Source: Haloferax volcanii DS2 | GTDB taxonomy: Archaea; Halobacteriota; Halobacteria; Halobacteriales; Haloferacaceae | Assembly: GCF_000025685.1 (NCBI RefSeq) | Contig: NC_013967.1 | Location: forward strand, 2,070,001 to 2,102,000 | DNA length: 32,000 nt | Direction of reading: 5' to 3' | Shown: positions 24,572 through 31,716 of the stretch, piece after piece | How the letters are laid out: every line of letters starts with the position of its first letter | How positions within the stretch are numbered: position 1 is the stretch's first letter | Position numbers and translations under genes: made by a program | Notes under the pieces: model-generated | The model's database searches: none | What the model saw: the letters and a program-made list of their open reading frames with translations, nothing else | What the model was told of the DNA's origin: nothing

Positions 24572-25312
24572 ATGTACGACTCGGTCATCTTCGACCACGA
24601 CGGCGTGTTGACGACGCTCGTCGCACTCCCTCCCCTCCGCGACGCGACGTGGGACGCCTTCGACGAACTCGGCGTTTCGGACCCCGACCCGGACCACGTC
24701 GAGCAGGTGGTCATCCACGTCACGCCCGAGGACGTGCGCGCCGCCGCCGAGCCCTACGGCCTCGACCCCGAGGCGCTGTTCCGCGTCCGCGACGAACGCC
24801 AGTCGGCCGCCCAACGGCGGGCCATCGCCGACGGCCGGAAAGTCCCCTACGACGACTTCGACGCGCTCCGCCGCATCGACGCCCCGATGGGCATCGTCTC
24901 CAGCAACCAGCAGGCGACCATCGACTTCGTCGTCGACCACCTCGACGCCGCGGACCTGTTCGGCACCGCCTACGGCCGCGAGCCCTCGATGACGAGCCTC
25001 CACCGCAAGAAACCCGAACCCTACTACCTCGAACGCGCCATGGCCGACCTCGGCGTCGAGTCGCCGCTGTTCGTCGGCGACAGCGACAGCGACATCGCCG
25101 CCGCCGAGGCCGCGGGCGTCGATTCCGCGTTCATCTGTCGGGGCCACCGCGCCGACCACACGCCGACGCCCGACCCGACCCACGAAATCGCCGGCCTCGA
25201 CGACCTGCTCGAACTCGACGGCGTCCCGGTCGCGGCCGGCGAGGCGGGCGCGTCCGCACCGTCCGACCCCGCGGCCGACGGCGGCCGCGAGGGCGGAGCG
25301 TCGTCCCGATGA
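24572..25312 (+). CDS. HAD-superfamily hydrolase (phosphatase-like)
   Basis: 246 aa from the ATG at 24572. Motif I is VIFDHDGVL, motif II is GIVSSN, and motif IV is VGDSDSDI. The stop overlaps the next start (ATGA). Confidence 0.8.
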   Translation: MYDSVIFDHDGVLTTLVALPPLRDATWDAFDELGVSDPDPDHVEQVVIHVTPEDVRAAAEPYGLDPEALFRVRDERQSAAQRRAIADGRKVPYDDFDALRRIDAPMGIVSSNQQATIDFVVDHLDAADLFGTAYGREPSMTSLHRKKPEPYYLERAMADLGVESPLFVGDSDSDIAAAEAAGVDSAFICRGHRADHTPTPDPTHEIAGLDDLLELDGVPVAAGEAGASAPSDPAADGGREGGASSR

Positions 25313-26085
25313 CCGCCTCGCTCCCCCGCATCGGTCTCGGGACGATGGGCCTCGACACGCCCGACGAGGCCGCCGCCGTGACGACGGCGCTGGAGTTGGG
25401 TTACCGACACGTCGACACCGCGCAGATTTACGGGAACGAGGCGGTCGTCGGCGACGCGCTCGCGGCCGCCGACGTCCCCCGTGAGGACGTGACGCTCGCC
25501 ACCAGGGTCTGGGCGGACAGCCTCGCGCCCGCCGACGTGCGCCGGACGACCCGCGAGAGCCTCGAAAAGCTCGGAACCGACTCCGTCGACCTCCTGTACG
25601 TCCACCGCCCCATCGACACTTACGACCCCGAGGCGACGCTTGCGGCCTTCGACGAACTCGTCGACGACGGCCTCGCCCGTGGGGTCGGCGTGAGCAACTT
25701 CACCGCCGCCGAGTTGGACGAGGCGCTCGACCTGCTCGACGCACCGCTCGTCGCTCACCAGACGGAGTACCACCCGCTGTTCCAGCGCTCCGAACTCCTC
25801 GACCACGCCGAGGAACGCGGCTACGACGTGGTCGCGTACTCGCCGCTTTCGGGAGGCCGCGTCCGCGACGTGGACGAAGTCGTCGCGGTCGCGGAGAAAC
25901 ACGACGCGACGCCCGAGGCGGTGAGCCTCGCGTGGCTGGCCGCGAAGGGGCTGTGTCCCATCCCGAAGGCGTCGAGCGAGCGCCACCTCCGGGCGAACCT
26001 CGACGCCGTCTCGCTGGAACTCGACGCGGCCGACGTGGCGGCCATCGACAGTATCGAATCTGAAGTCGAACTGTTTCCCGAGTGA
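25309..26085 (+). CDS. Aldo/keto reductase
   Basis: 258 aa with LGTMGL, GYRHVDTAQIYGNE, DLLYVHRP, GVSNF and PIPKASS. The ATG at 25309 overlaps the HAD stop by 4 nt. Confidence 0.9.
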   Translation: MTASLPRIGLGTMGLDTPDEAAAVTTALELGYRHVDTAQIYGNEAVVGDALAAADVPREDVTLATRVWADSLAPADVRRTTRESLEKLGTDSVDLLYVHRPIDTYDPEATLAAFDELVDDGLARGVGVSNFTAAELDEALDLLDAPLVAHQTEYHPLFQRSELLDHAEERGYDVVAYSPLSGGRVRDVDEVVAVAEKHDATPEAVSLAWLAAKGLCPIPKASSERHLRANLDAVSLELDAADVAAIDSIESEVELFPE

Positions 26086-26142
26086 CGATTCAGCCGCTCG
26101 GTGCCGTCTCGAAGTCTCAATTTCGATACCGGTCCCGGAACG

Positions 26143-26149
26143 ATTATAA
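26143..26149 (+). promoter_or_regulatory. TATA box ATTATAA for the KaiC-like gene
   Basis: Located at -29..-23 from the ATG at 26172. It is the best TATA match in the window and supports the shorter start. Confidence 0.5.
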
Positions 26150-26171
26150 CACGGCGGGCGAGTGTCCGACC

Positions 26172-26876
26172 ATGCGGATTCCGAGTGGGGTAAGCGGGTT
26201 CGACGAGCTCATTCAGGGTGGCTTCCTTCCGCGCCGACTGTACGCCCTGAGCGGACCGCCGGGGAGCGGAAAGACGACGTTCACGGCGCAGTTCATGGCC
26301 GAGGGACTTCGTAACGGCGAGAAGTGTATGTACATCACCATGCACGAGACCGAAGACGAACTCGTCAACGACATGTCGAGTTTCGACTTCGGCTTCGAGA
26401 CGCTCGCTAGTTCCGAGGGCTTTCGCTTCATCAACCTCGTGAGCCCGAAGGGGAAACACATCCTCAATCAGTTCTCACAGACCGGAGGGTCGTCGAGCGT
26501 CCAGAGCCTCACCGACAAAATCGTCGCGTTCGTCAACTCCCGGCAGGTCGACCGCCTCGTCATCGACTCGACGATGCTGCTTCGGCTGTTTTTCGCCAAC
26601 GGCTCCGAGGAGATGACGCGGTTTCTGACGGCGCTCAAGCAGGGCGACGCCACGACGCTTCTCATCTCCGAGATGACGGACCCCTCGTCGTACTCCGACG
26701 AGCACTTCCTCGCCCACGGCGTGGTGTTCTTCCACAACTATCTGGAGGCGACGGGGATGACACGCGGCATTCAGGTCATCAAGATGCGCGGAACGAACAT
26801 CGACTGCGACATCCGGTCGCTCGAGTTCACCGACAACGGACTGGTCGTCGACCCCCGGTCGAAGGTCGACCTCTGA
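26172..26876 (+). CDS. Single-domain KaiC/RadA-like RecA-superfamily ATPase
   Basis: 234 aa with GFDELIQGGF, Walker A GPPGSGKTT, Walker B RLVIDS, and a C-terminal IQVIKMRGT motif typical of the KaiC family. GC content is visibly lower than in the flanks. Confidence 0.88.
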   Translation: MRIPSGVSGFDELIQGGFLPRRLYALSGPPGSGKTTFTAQFMAEGLRNGEKCMYITMHETEDELVNDMSSFDFGFETLASSEGFRFINLVSPKGKHILNQFSQTGGSSSVQSLTDKIVAFVNSRQVDRLVIDSTMLLRLFFANGSEEMTRFLTALKQGDATTLLISEMTDPSSYSDEHFLAHGVVFFHNYLEATGMTRGIQVIKMRGTNIDCDIRSLEFTDNGLVVDPRSKVDL

Positions 26877-26886
26877 GGTAACAACA

Positions 26887-27303
26887 ATGTACGAACGGGT
26901 CTTCGGAACGGACTGGCGGACGATTTCGGACGAGGAGGCCATCCGCCGGATGTACGCCCTCGGCGTCTCCAGCGCGCTCGGCCACCCGAACCGCGGGGAG
27001 TTCGAGCGCATCCGCCGGCAGGCCGGCACCGCCTACGGTCGGAGCGTCCTCCAGCTCGCCTTCGAGGAGGGCAAACAACGCGTCGCCCGCAACGAGTCGG
27101 AGTACGACTCGAAACAGGACGTGTGGGAGGCGCTCGTCGACGAGGAGACGACGCCCGCCACGACGGGTCGCGCCGACGTGACGATGCAGAAGCCGACGGA
27201 CAAACAGGGCATCCCCGCCGCCGTCGGTCGGGCGTCCGCCCTCGACGGCGGCGGCGACGACTTCTCTCGGATTCGGCTGCCGGAGTTCCTCCGACGCGGG
27301 TAG
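26887..27303 (+). CDS. Hypothetical protein, apparent operon partner of the KaiC-like ATPase
   Basis: 138 aa. The ATG is 10 nt after the KaiC-like stop, with GAGGT overlapping that stop. It has a helical N-terminal part, an acidic/Thr linker and a basic C-terminal peptide FSRIRLPEFLRRG. Confidence 0.65.
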   Translation: MYERVFGTDWRTISDEEAIRRMYALGVSSALGHPNRGEFERIRRQAGTAYGRSVLQLAFEEGKQRVARNESEYDSKQDVWEALVDEETTPATTGRADVTMQKPTDKQGIPAAVGRASALDGGGDDFSRIRLPEFLRRG

Positions 27304-27366
27304 CCGGCCACACGGCCGACGCGGGTAGCCGACGAACCTTTGGGCGTCCGAACCTTCTCTCGACGC

Positions 27367-27768
27367 ATGAGCGACAGCGAATTCAGCCTCTCCGAGTCCG
27401 AGTGGCGCGAGCGACTCTCGGAGGACGCCTATCGCGTCCTCCGCGAACAGGGGACCGAGCCGCGGTTCTCCGGCGAGCACGTCGACCGGAGCGACGACGG
27501 CGTCTACCGATGCGCCGGCTGCGGGGCCGAGCTGTTCGACTCGGAGACGAAGTACGACTCGAACTGCGGGTGGCCGAGCTTCTACGCCGCCGAGGACTCG
27601 AACATCGAGCTTCGGCGCGACCTGAGCCACGGCATGGACCGCACCGAGGTCGTCTGTTCGACCTGCGACGGCCACCTCGGGCACGTCTTCGACGACGGAC
27701 CGGAGCCGACCGGCAAGCGCTTCTGTATCAACTCGGTCGCGCTCGACTTCGAGGCGGACGAGAACTAA
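27367..27768 (+). CDS. msrB: Peptide-methionine (R)-S-oxide reductase
   Basis: 133 aa from the ATG at 27367 (the track start at 27340 is TTG). It has two CxxC zinc motifs (CAGCG, CSTCDG), GWPSF, and the catalytic RFCINS. Confidence 0.93.
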   Translation: MSDSEFSLSESEWRERLSEDAYRVLREQGTEPRFSGEHVDRSDDGVYRCAGCGAELFDSETKYDSNCGWPSFYAAEDSNIELRRDLSHGMDRTEVVCSTCDGHLGHVFDDGPEPTGKRFCINSVALDFEADEN

Positions 27769-27817
27769 GCGCCGACAGAACCAGAACGCCGAACCACCGA
27801 ACACCACCCCGCCTTCC

Positions 27818-28270
27818 TCACGCCGAACTCTGGTACGTGAGGAACGTCACGGCGACGGCCGCAAACAGGTCGGGCAGGAACGTGAAGGGTCCCAGCCCGC
27901 TGCCTCTGAACCCGAGGAACAGCGATGCCAGCGGGTTCGACGTGAGTGCGTACAGGAGCAGCGCCGCCGTAAAGAGGAGTAAGCTCAGCGTAAAGCGGTT
28001 CGGCAGCTCCCGGTAGAGCATCGCGTAGGTGCCCGCGAGGAAGCCGAGCGCGACGAGGTTGTACGTCGAGACGAACAGCTTCAACTGGATGAACAGGTCC
28101 GGGATGGGCGGACCGCCGTGGCCGCCCGGCTTGTGCGGGCCGAACAGGTCGGGGGCGAACCACGCCACGAGGTCGGGCGTGAACCACGTCACGAGCGCCG
28201 CGATGGCGAGCGAGACGCCCACGACGACCGCGGTCCGCCGAACCGGGTCGCGGTTGGACGTGTCGCTCAC
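27818..28270 (-). CDS. Four-TM membrane protein of unknown function
   Basis: 150 aa. The GTG start overlaps the upstream gene's TGA (GTGA). It has four hydrophobic helices and a His/Gly/Pro-rich loop, GPHKPGGHGGPPIPD. Confidence 0.7.
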   Translation of the reverse strand: MSDTSNRDPVRRTAVVVGVSLAIAALVTWFTPDLVAWFAPDLFGPHKPGGHGGPPIPDLFIQLKLFVSTYNLVALGFLAGTYAMLYRELPNRFTLSLLLFTAALLLYALTSNPLASLFLGFRGSGLGPFTFLPDLFAAVAVTFLTYQSSA

Positions 28271-28575
28271 GCGTCGTCACCTCCGACCGTCACGTCGTCT
28301 AAGTCGGCCTTTCGAGCCACCTCGTCGAGTACGTCGAGGTTGGCTTCCATCTGGTCGGTCAGAAAGTACGTCTTTCCGTAGTTGTCACCCATAGTCATCA
28401 ACACGTTGTTCTCGACGAGGAGTTCCAAGTGGTGCTGTGTGGTCTTGTAGTCGAGGTCGAGTTCGTTCGAGAGTTGGTTGGCGTTCATCGGCATGTCGTC
28501 GAGCGCGCGGATAATTCGCAGGCGGTTTCGTCCCCCGCGCGACCCGCCGATAAGCCACCACAGCACACGTCGCAT
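28267..28575 (-). CDS. Winged helix-turn-helix (ArsR-like) transcription regulator
   Basis: 102 aa. It has GGSRGGRNRLRIIRAL followed by NANQLSNELDLDYKTTQHHLELLVENNVL (HTH plus wing) and an acidic tail. Confidence 0.8.
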   Translation of the reverse strand: MRRVLWWLIGGSRGGRNRLRIIRALDDMPMNANQLSNELDLDYKTTQHHLELLVENNVLMTMGDNYGKTYFLTDQMEANLDVLDEVARKADLDDVTVGGDDA

Positions 28576-28600
28576 CCGGCTAACTCGTCAAATCCGGACG

Positions 28601-28608
28601 TAATAAAA
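28601..28608 (-). promoter_or_regulatory. TATA box TTTTATTA for the wHTH-membrane operon
   Basis: Located at -26..-33 from the ATG at 28575. Confidence 0.45.
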
Positions 28609-28730
28609 CGGCAGGCCTCGACTCCGCGACTTCGGCGGCCCGCAGTGGAGTCGTGTGTGGCGGGAGTCGGGCGAGTGGATGTGTTCGGCATGGGGACTGA
28701 GGGAGTGCGTCGGTCGCGTTGGGGGGCGGT

Positions 28731-28772
28731 CGTCAGCGAGGGACACGGGGGCGTCAGCGAGGGACACGGGGG
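28731..28772. repeat. Perfect 21-nt tandem duplication (cgtcagcgagggacacggggg x2)
   Basis: Read directly. It abuts the TAA stop (28773..28775) of the minus-strand secreted-protein gene. Confidence 0.95.
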
Positions 28773-29213
28773 TTAGTTACCGCGCGGCCCGAAGCCGCCG
28801 GGTGCGCCGGGGCCGCCCGCGTGTTGTCGTGGGCCGCCACCGCCGTCGCAGGCGAGCGTCGACGTGTCGACGCCGAACTCGGTGAGTTGCTCGTCGACGG
28901 CGGTCCGAATCTCCTCGGCCGTCGCGCCGTCGTCGCGCATGTCGGCGACGAGCGTCCAAACCTCGTCGGTCTGCTCGTCGGTCAGGTCGTAGCGGTCTTG
29001 CAGGCGGTCGCCCGGGGCGTATCGGGTTTCGTTCGCGGACCCGTTGAACGGGCCGTGCCAGCCGCCGGCGGCTCGGACGGCGGTCCCGTCGGTCGCGTAG
29101 ACGGTCTCCGAGGCGTGGGTCTGGGCCGCGAGGCCGCCGGCGGCGGCAACCGTCCCCGCGAAGACGAGCGAGGCGACGACGAACGCCACCCCGAGCGTTG
29201 TGAGTCTGTTCAT
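28773..29213 (-). CDS. Small secreted protein with a Gly-rich C-terminus, function unknown
   Basis: 146 aa with the signal peptide MNRLTTLGVAFVVASLVFAGTVAAAGG, an acidic helical core (DLTDEQTDEVWTLVADMRDDGATAEEIRTAVDEQLTEFG), and the tail CDGGGGPRQHAGGPGAPGGFGPRGN. Confidence 0.65.
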   Translation of the reverse strand: MNRLTTLGVAFVVASLVFAGTVAAAGGLAAQTHASETVYATDGTAVRAAGGWHGPFNGSANETRYAPGDRLQDRYDLTDEQTDEVWTLVADMRDDGATAEEIRTAVDEQLTEFGVDTSTLACDGGGGPRQHAGGPGAPGGFGPRGN

Positions 29214-29462
29214 GATTCGTTCCTCGTCTGTCCGGTCGTTGGGCGGTTAAAAGAGGATTTTCCGAACTCGAACACGAGTCGGTCGTGAATCCGCCCGGGG
29301 TTAGGCCCAAATCACGCCGAAAACCGCTCGCCCGGCGCGGACGAACTGCCGGCGCGCACGACGCATCGAGAAGCCCGCTTTCGCGGCGGTAGGACGGGTC
29401 TAACGCACACTCCTTGTGGGTAGTCGACACGTACCAAACTAGGGTGGCAACGTACGTGCTGT

Positions 29463-29735
29463 ATGTCTCGCAGCTACCCGGCCAGTCGTCACCCGACACG
29501 GCGGGGCCCGCCGTTCACGCCGTACGCCCTCGTCGTCGCCGGTCTCGTGACGTTCTGTATCGCCGTCCTCGCTCCCGTCGCCGACCTCTCGGCGGGCCTG
29601 ACGGTGATGAACGTCGCCGTCAGCGGGGCGACCCCGGCGTTCGACGGCGGCACGCTGGTCCTCAGCGGCGGCCTGCTGCTCATCAGCGCCGCCTCGACGT
29701 TCTTCGGCGTCCTCCTGTTGCTCCTTCGGCTCTGA
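29463..29735 (+). CDS. Small membrane protein (2 TM)
   Basis: 90 aa with an ATG start, high GC3 and two clear hydrophobic helices. Confidence 0.55.
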   Translation: MSRSYPASRHPTRRGPPFTPYALVVAGLVTFCIAVLAPVADLSAGLTVMNVAVSGATPAFDGGTLVLSGGLLLISAASTFFGVLLLLLRL

Positions 29736-29873
29736 ATCGCGGTTTGACCCCGGGGCACGCGGCGAGACTCGAAGGTCGGTCGAACTCGGGAAACCGCAGA
29801 AGAGTACGCGAGACGCGGGACCTCGGAACCCGCTTCGGTGGTGCGACGTGTTCGCCCACCCGGCGCGGCCGGA

Positions 29874-30302
29874 TTACTGTCGTTCGATGGGGGTGGCGAG
29901 CACGGGTATCTTCGACTGGACGACGACCGACCGCGAGACGCTTCCGAGGATGTTGTCCTCGAACCGGGCGTGGGTGCCCATCGAGATGAGCGCCGCGTCT
30001 ATCTCCTCGGCGAACGCGAGAATCTCCTCGGCCGGGTCGCCGCGGCGGAGTTCGGTGGCGGCGTCGACGCCGTACTCGGCCATCGTCTCGGCGGCCTCGG
30101 TGAGCGCGGCCTCGCCCTGCGACCTGAGTTCCTCGTACACCTCGTCGACGCGCTCGTCGGCGAGCGTCAAGAAGGCTCGTTCGTCGACGACGTAGAGCAG
30201 GGAGACGGCGGCGTCGCGCTCTGCGGCGAGTTCCGCGGCGTCTTCGACGACCGGCTGCATCGAGTCGCTCCCGTCTATCGGCACGAGGATTGTGTCGTAC
30301 AT
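29874..30302 (-). CDS. Universal stress protein (UspA family)
   Basis: 142 aa from the ATG at 30302. It starts MYDTILVPIDGS and carries C-terminal ISMGTHARFEDNILGSVSRSVV (a G-x2-G-x9-GS-type ATP motif). Confidence 0.9.
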   Translation of the reverse strand: MYDTILVPIDGSDSMQPVVEDAAELAAERDAAVSLLYVVDERAFLTLADERVDEVYEELRSQGEAALTEAAETMAEYGVDAATELRRGDPAEEILAFAEEIDAALISMGTHARFEDNILGSVSRSVVVQSKIPVLATPIERQ

Positions 30303-30422
30303 CAACTGGGGATTAGGCGGGGACAGTATCACCCTCTTCGCCAGTTCCCGCGCGATGGGAACTACGCGGGACGAGTCTCGACCGGGGAGACGCGATTCCG
30401 GAGACGGGTGCGGTGCAGGCGG

Positions 30423-31256
30423 CTACCCGTCATCGGTCGCGTCGTCGGTCTCGTTTTCGGTGTCTACGTCATTCTCCGGTTCGGTATCACCGTCCGCGGC
30501 CTGTTGCTCGGCGTACCGCTCGGCCCGCCGTTTCCAGTCGGTGACCCGCCGCGCCGACACGTCCGCGGCGGCGGCGAGTTCCTCGTCCGACGCCTCGCGG
30601 AGCGCCGTCACGGTGTGGATGCCCGCCGTCCGGAGCCGGGTCGCGTACGCCTCGCCGATGCCGCGGATGTTCCGCGGGTCCTCGGGGTCGCGTGCTTCTT
30701 CGGCCTCCTCGGCATCGACGCCGCCAGCCGAGACGACCGCCGCGAGCTGTTCGGTCATCGCGTCCACCCGGCCGTCGAGACCGTCAACTCGGCCGTCGAT
30801 TTCGTCGATGCGCGCCGCGAGGTCGTCGTGAGTGTGCTCGGTCTCCCGGTCGGCGACGCCGGTCACGCCGGCCACGTCCGGGTCGACCCCGGCTTCGACG
30901 GTGGTCCGGTCGGAGTCGTCGCTGCCGCTGTCGTCTGTCTCGCCGTCGCCGGCCTCGTGTTCGTCTCCGGCATCGTCGGCTTCGCCCTCGTTTTCGTCTT
31001 CGTCACCTTCGGACGCGTCGTCCGCATCGGTGTCGGCGTCGTCGTCTTCGGGCTCGTCTCCGTTGCCGTCGTCCGCATCGGCGAGCGAATCGCCCGGTGC
31101 CACGTCGTCGGGGAGGACGTAGACCAGCGCGTCCGCCGGCACGTAGCCGACGACCTGTTTGCGCTTCCTGTCTGCGGTGAGGACGACCCCGCCGGAGTCG
31201 AGCGCCTTGTAGCCGCCGCACTCGAAGCTGGTTCCGTCTGTGAGACACACTTTCAT
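30423..31256 (-). CDS. Acidic protein with a small N-terminal domain, long D/E-rich linker, short coiled-coil repeat and C-terminal helix-hairpin-helix domain
   Basis: 277 aa from the ATG at 31256 (the track start at 31262 is TTG). HhH-like segment: NIRGIGEAYATRLRTAGIHTVTALREASDEEL. Repeat segment: IDEIDGRVDGLDGRVDAM. Confidence 0.7.
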   Translation of the reverse strand: MKVCLTDGTSFECGGYKALDSGGVVLTADRKRKQVVGYVPADALVYVLPDDVAPGDSLADADDGNGDEPEDDDADTDADDASEGDEDENEGEADDAGDEHEAGDGETDDSGSDDSDRTTVEAGVDPDVAGVTGVADRETEHTHDDLAARIDEIDGRVDGLDGRVDAMTEQLAAVVSAGGVDAEEAEEARDPEDPRNIRGIGEAYATRLRTAGIHTVTALREASDEELAAAADVSARRVTDWKRRAERYAEQQAADGDTEPENDVDTENETDDATDDG

Positions 31257-31352
31257 AATCAATCATTGGATTCGGGGCAGAATGAGTGTTGCCGCTCCCG
31301 TTGTGTGAGAACGAACGGCGGTTTTTCACCGATTCCGCGCCGATATTCGGGC

Positions 31353-31568
31353 ATGATCCGAGCCCTGTTGGCGGCGTTCGGTCTGGTGGAACTGCTCGTT
31401 CCGGATAAACTAGTCGCCGTGATGACGCGCCTCGCCTACGAGGACGGCGGCGAGATGACGGCGAAACCGTGGGTGACGACGGCGGCGCGCGTCGAGGGAG
31501 CGGTGCTCCTGTTGGTCGCGCTCGTCGGCCTCCGCGGTCGGTGCGGCGGTGACGGCGACGACGCATAA
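31353..31568 (+). CDS. Candidate small membrane protein (71 aa)
   Basis: The C-terminal part of a long junk track ORF. The ATG at 31353 is preceded by TTTTTC at -31..-26. It has two hydrophobic segments and high GC3. Confidence 0.45.
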   Translation: MIRALLAAFGLVELLVPDKLVAVMTRLAYEDGGEMTAKPWVTTAARVEGAVLLLVALVGLRGRCGGDGDDA

Positions 31569-31716
31569 CTGCGTCTCGCGGGCGTCGCGACGCCGGTAAT
31601 CCGGCCCGCGAAAGAAGCGACCGCGGCGAGAGAATATGAGACTGTGCGCAGCAGTCGGTCGCCGAGCGACTCGTGGTCCGGCGCGTCAGCGCGTCGGCGC
31701 GACGCGTGCGACCGAT

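Noticed and set aside
26100-27310. Lower-GC KaiC-like region considered as a horizontally acquired island or mobile element.
   Set aside because: No integrase, transposase, terminal repeats or tRNA-adjacent attachment site is present. The GC dip is modest and confined to two genes. I mention it only as a compositional note under the KaiC finding.
28731-28772. I checked whether the 21-nt tandem repeat could be a degenerate CRISPR array.
   Set aside because: There are only two copies, directly abutting with no spacer. There is no leader-like AT-rich flank and no cas genes in the window.
29838-31568. 576-aa plus-strand ORF covering the USP and HhH genes in antisense.
   Set aside because: It is antisense junk (Gly/Arg/Val-rich). 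Only its last 71 codons (31353..31568) look like a genuine small membrane protein with its own promoter-like element.
31582-31595. 14-nt perfect palindrome ggcgtcgcgacgcc. Its 10-nt core cgtcgcgacg recurs at 279..288, suggesting a dispersed repeat family.
   Set aside because: There are only two occurrences of a 10-nt GC-only palindrome in 32 kb of very GC-rich DNA. That is too short and too compositionally likely to call a repeat family without a genome-wide count.
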